Assembly: GCA_951406725.2 (NCBI GenBank)
Contig: OX597814.1
Coordinates: 158,472,001 to 158,536,000, forward strand
From: Octopus vulgaris
Lineage: Eukaryota
Direction of reading: 5' to 3'
Length of the DNA stretch: 64,000 bases
Part shown: positions 62,141 to 64,000 of the stretch, piece after piece
Layout: every line of letters starts with the position of its first letter
Position numbering within the stretch: the stretch's first letter is position 1
Notes under the pieces: generated by a model
Told to the model about the DNA's origin: nothing
The model's input: only the letters and a program-made list of their open reading frames with translations
Database searches by the model: none
Program-made: the position numbers and the translations under genes

Positions 62141-64000
62141 TTACCTAGTTTCCAACCTCTAACGAAGAGACCATGTGCTCACTTCCCTGAGGCAGACCTT
62201 CCGTAGGGTCAATATTCCGGTATATTTGTACATATCTATATGTATATTTGTAATATTTATATGTATATATATATCTGTGTGTGTGTGCGCGCGTATATGT
62301 GTACACACATATGTATATATGTATGTGTATATTATCTGGTAACGCTTCAACAAGTAGAAAAATACTCAATCAGCTTAGAAAGTAAAGATAATCTTAAAAT
62401 AAAATCATATATCTGTTAATACTGCTACCCAGAGTTTCCTGGTTTAAATAATAATTTACTCCGGCATTTATCAAGCAGATAACGTTTAAGACTAATATAT
62501 ATATATATATACATATATACGATTATGTGTATGCAGATATATATAACGAGCAATATCTCTCCTGATGACGTAATATGAATCATGTATGTACTGACACCGT
62601 TAAACTTAAAATTACGGTGCGTGTGTGAGTGTGTGTGTGTATGACTATGTGTTTGCATGTATGTGTGTAAGGGTGTGTGCGCGTGTACAAGAGTATTTAG
62701 TGATTTGTAAAATGTTATAGGAGATCAAAGAACTAATTATTGGTGATCGTTTATTTTTTAGGAAAATATGATCATTACAATTCAGTTACAGATATATAAC
62801 ACGTAGCTTCTACAGATTCTTCAAAGAAGACGTTATACGTCATTAGGATAGCAGTTATTACTTCGTATCCTTTTACGAGTCTGGATGCTATCTCGTTGTG
62901 GTCAATGATCTGAATCAATGATTCGCAAGCTGGAAACATGTAACAACCGACCCTGCTGTTCATAAGTTTCATTACAAAATCACAATTGTGGGCATTTCTA
63001 GAACATAAATTATCAAAACCGCATTCACATGAAGTACCCAATGTAATGTTCTTATGGCAATTATTGCTTAATCCTCGGTTGTTCTTGAGTGACCAAACCA
63101 TGACCAAATGTTTTCTAGCCATGATTATCACATCGTTTTTAAAGTATATTGCATTAAAGAACATATGATTCAATCTGATGTATCGAACTATATCTGAAAC
63201 GATAAGGTATTTTAATGAGATTTAAGGAGTTTTTTTAACAGTGGGAAAAGACGCCCTGGAGACTCCACCATTGTTTGAAAAGTATTGTAAATTTAGCAGT
63301 GTCAATATGCAAATATAAGATCATTTGATCAAGATATAGTAACTGCCAAAAATATATAAATAAGTAAATCAAATTAAAAGAGAAAATAAAGATGAAATCA
63401 GAAAATATGCCCATTGGTGTCAAGTGAAAACAAGGACTTCAAGCAAACGGCACCTTAATAGGGGACCACAGATTCACAATTGCTCCTCCATATACTACAT
63501 GGAAGTGGCGGTGCTGCAAAGTCGCAAATGTATATAATATCTGCCATGAAACGTCCACCAGCTATGATCAATGAAGATCATAACTGTCTACTAAACACCT
63601 CAAGAAGGGATGCACTCACGTGGGGATTCAAGAGATTGCAAAAGCTCTTGTCTAAACTACATGTCACGGGCTTCTGAACTATAGAAGTTCTAATATGTCA
63701 TTGTTGCAGAATTGTGGATTACCCCAATCACCACAACAAAGACTATTTGTCCCCTAGTCCTAGTTGTTGGTGTGTCAGTTATGTACCACACAGTTTTATC
63801 CACTAGGGATGCATACTAAACTTGCACAAAGGTCTTTTAAAGTGAGAAATATCTGCGTGGATATCCTCCTCATCCTCCTGTTCTTGCACAATATTGTCAC
63901 TATCAAGATAAAGTTCGACAACTGAGCTTGTAAGCGGATGCATGAGATTATCAAAGTGACTGCAATACTAACTCACCTAGTATGTATCCAAACCATAAAA

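Noticed and set aside
62560-62610. CTGATGA motif
   Set aside because: No downstream GAAA-stem III-UH arrangement

Overview
AT-rich, microsatellite-saturated eukaryotic (metazoan) DNA. The SINE families and repeat landscape look like an Octopus/coleoid cephalopod genome (inference). The window is almost entirely intronic or intergenic and most ORFs in the track are microsatellite artefacts. Recognisable elements are Tc1/mariner DNA transposons (one full-length mariner at 15972-17260, two Tc1-like elements, several deleted copies, a MITE), R4/Dong LINEs inserted in (TAA)n arrays, HERO, L1/Tx1, RTE and CR1/Jockey-like LINE remnants, a Penelope GIY-YIG 3' fragment, hAT-like remnants and many tRNA-derived SINEs. 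A possible first coding exon of a host gene (minus strand, MKSCTTLDKT followed by a GTAAGG donor, 17530-17559) has a 50-bp palindrome in its putative 5' UTR. The most striking pattern is about 16 minimal hammerhead-ribozyme motifs (CUGAUGA...GAAA-palindrome-UH, roughly half well preserved) in short non-coding modules, mostly sitting in or beside (TA)n tracts. Two modules are about 1.2-unit, terminally redundant elements with an inverted tail, and several nearby modules are long fold-backs. This points to a diverse set of non-autonomous Penelope-pLTR/retrozyme-like elements. All motif calls were made by eye, not by database search.
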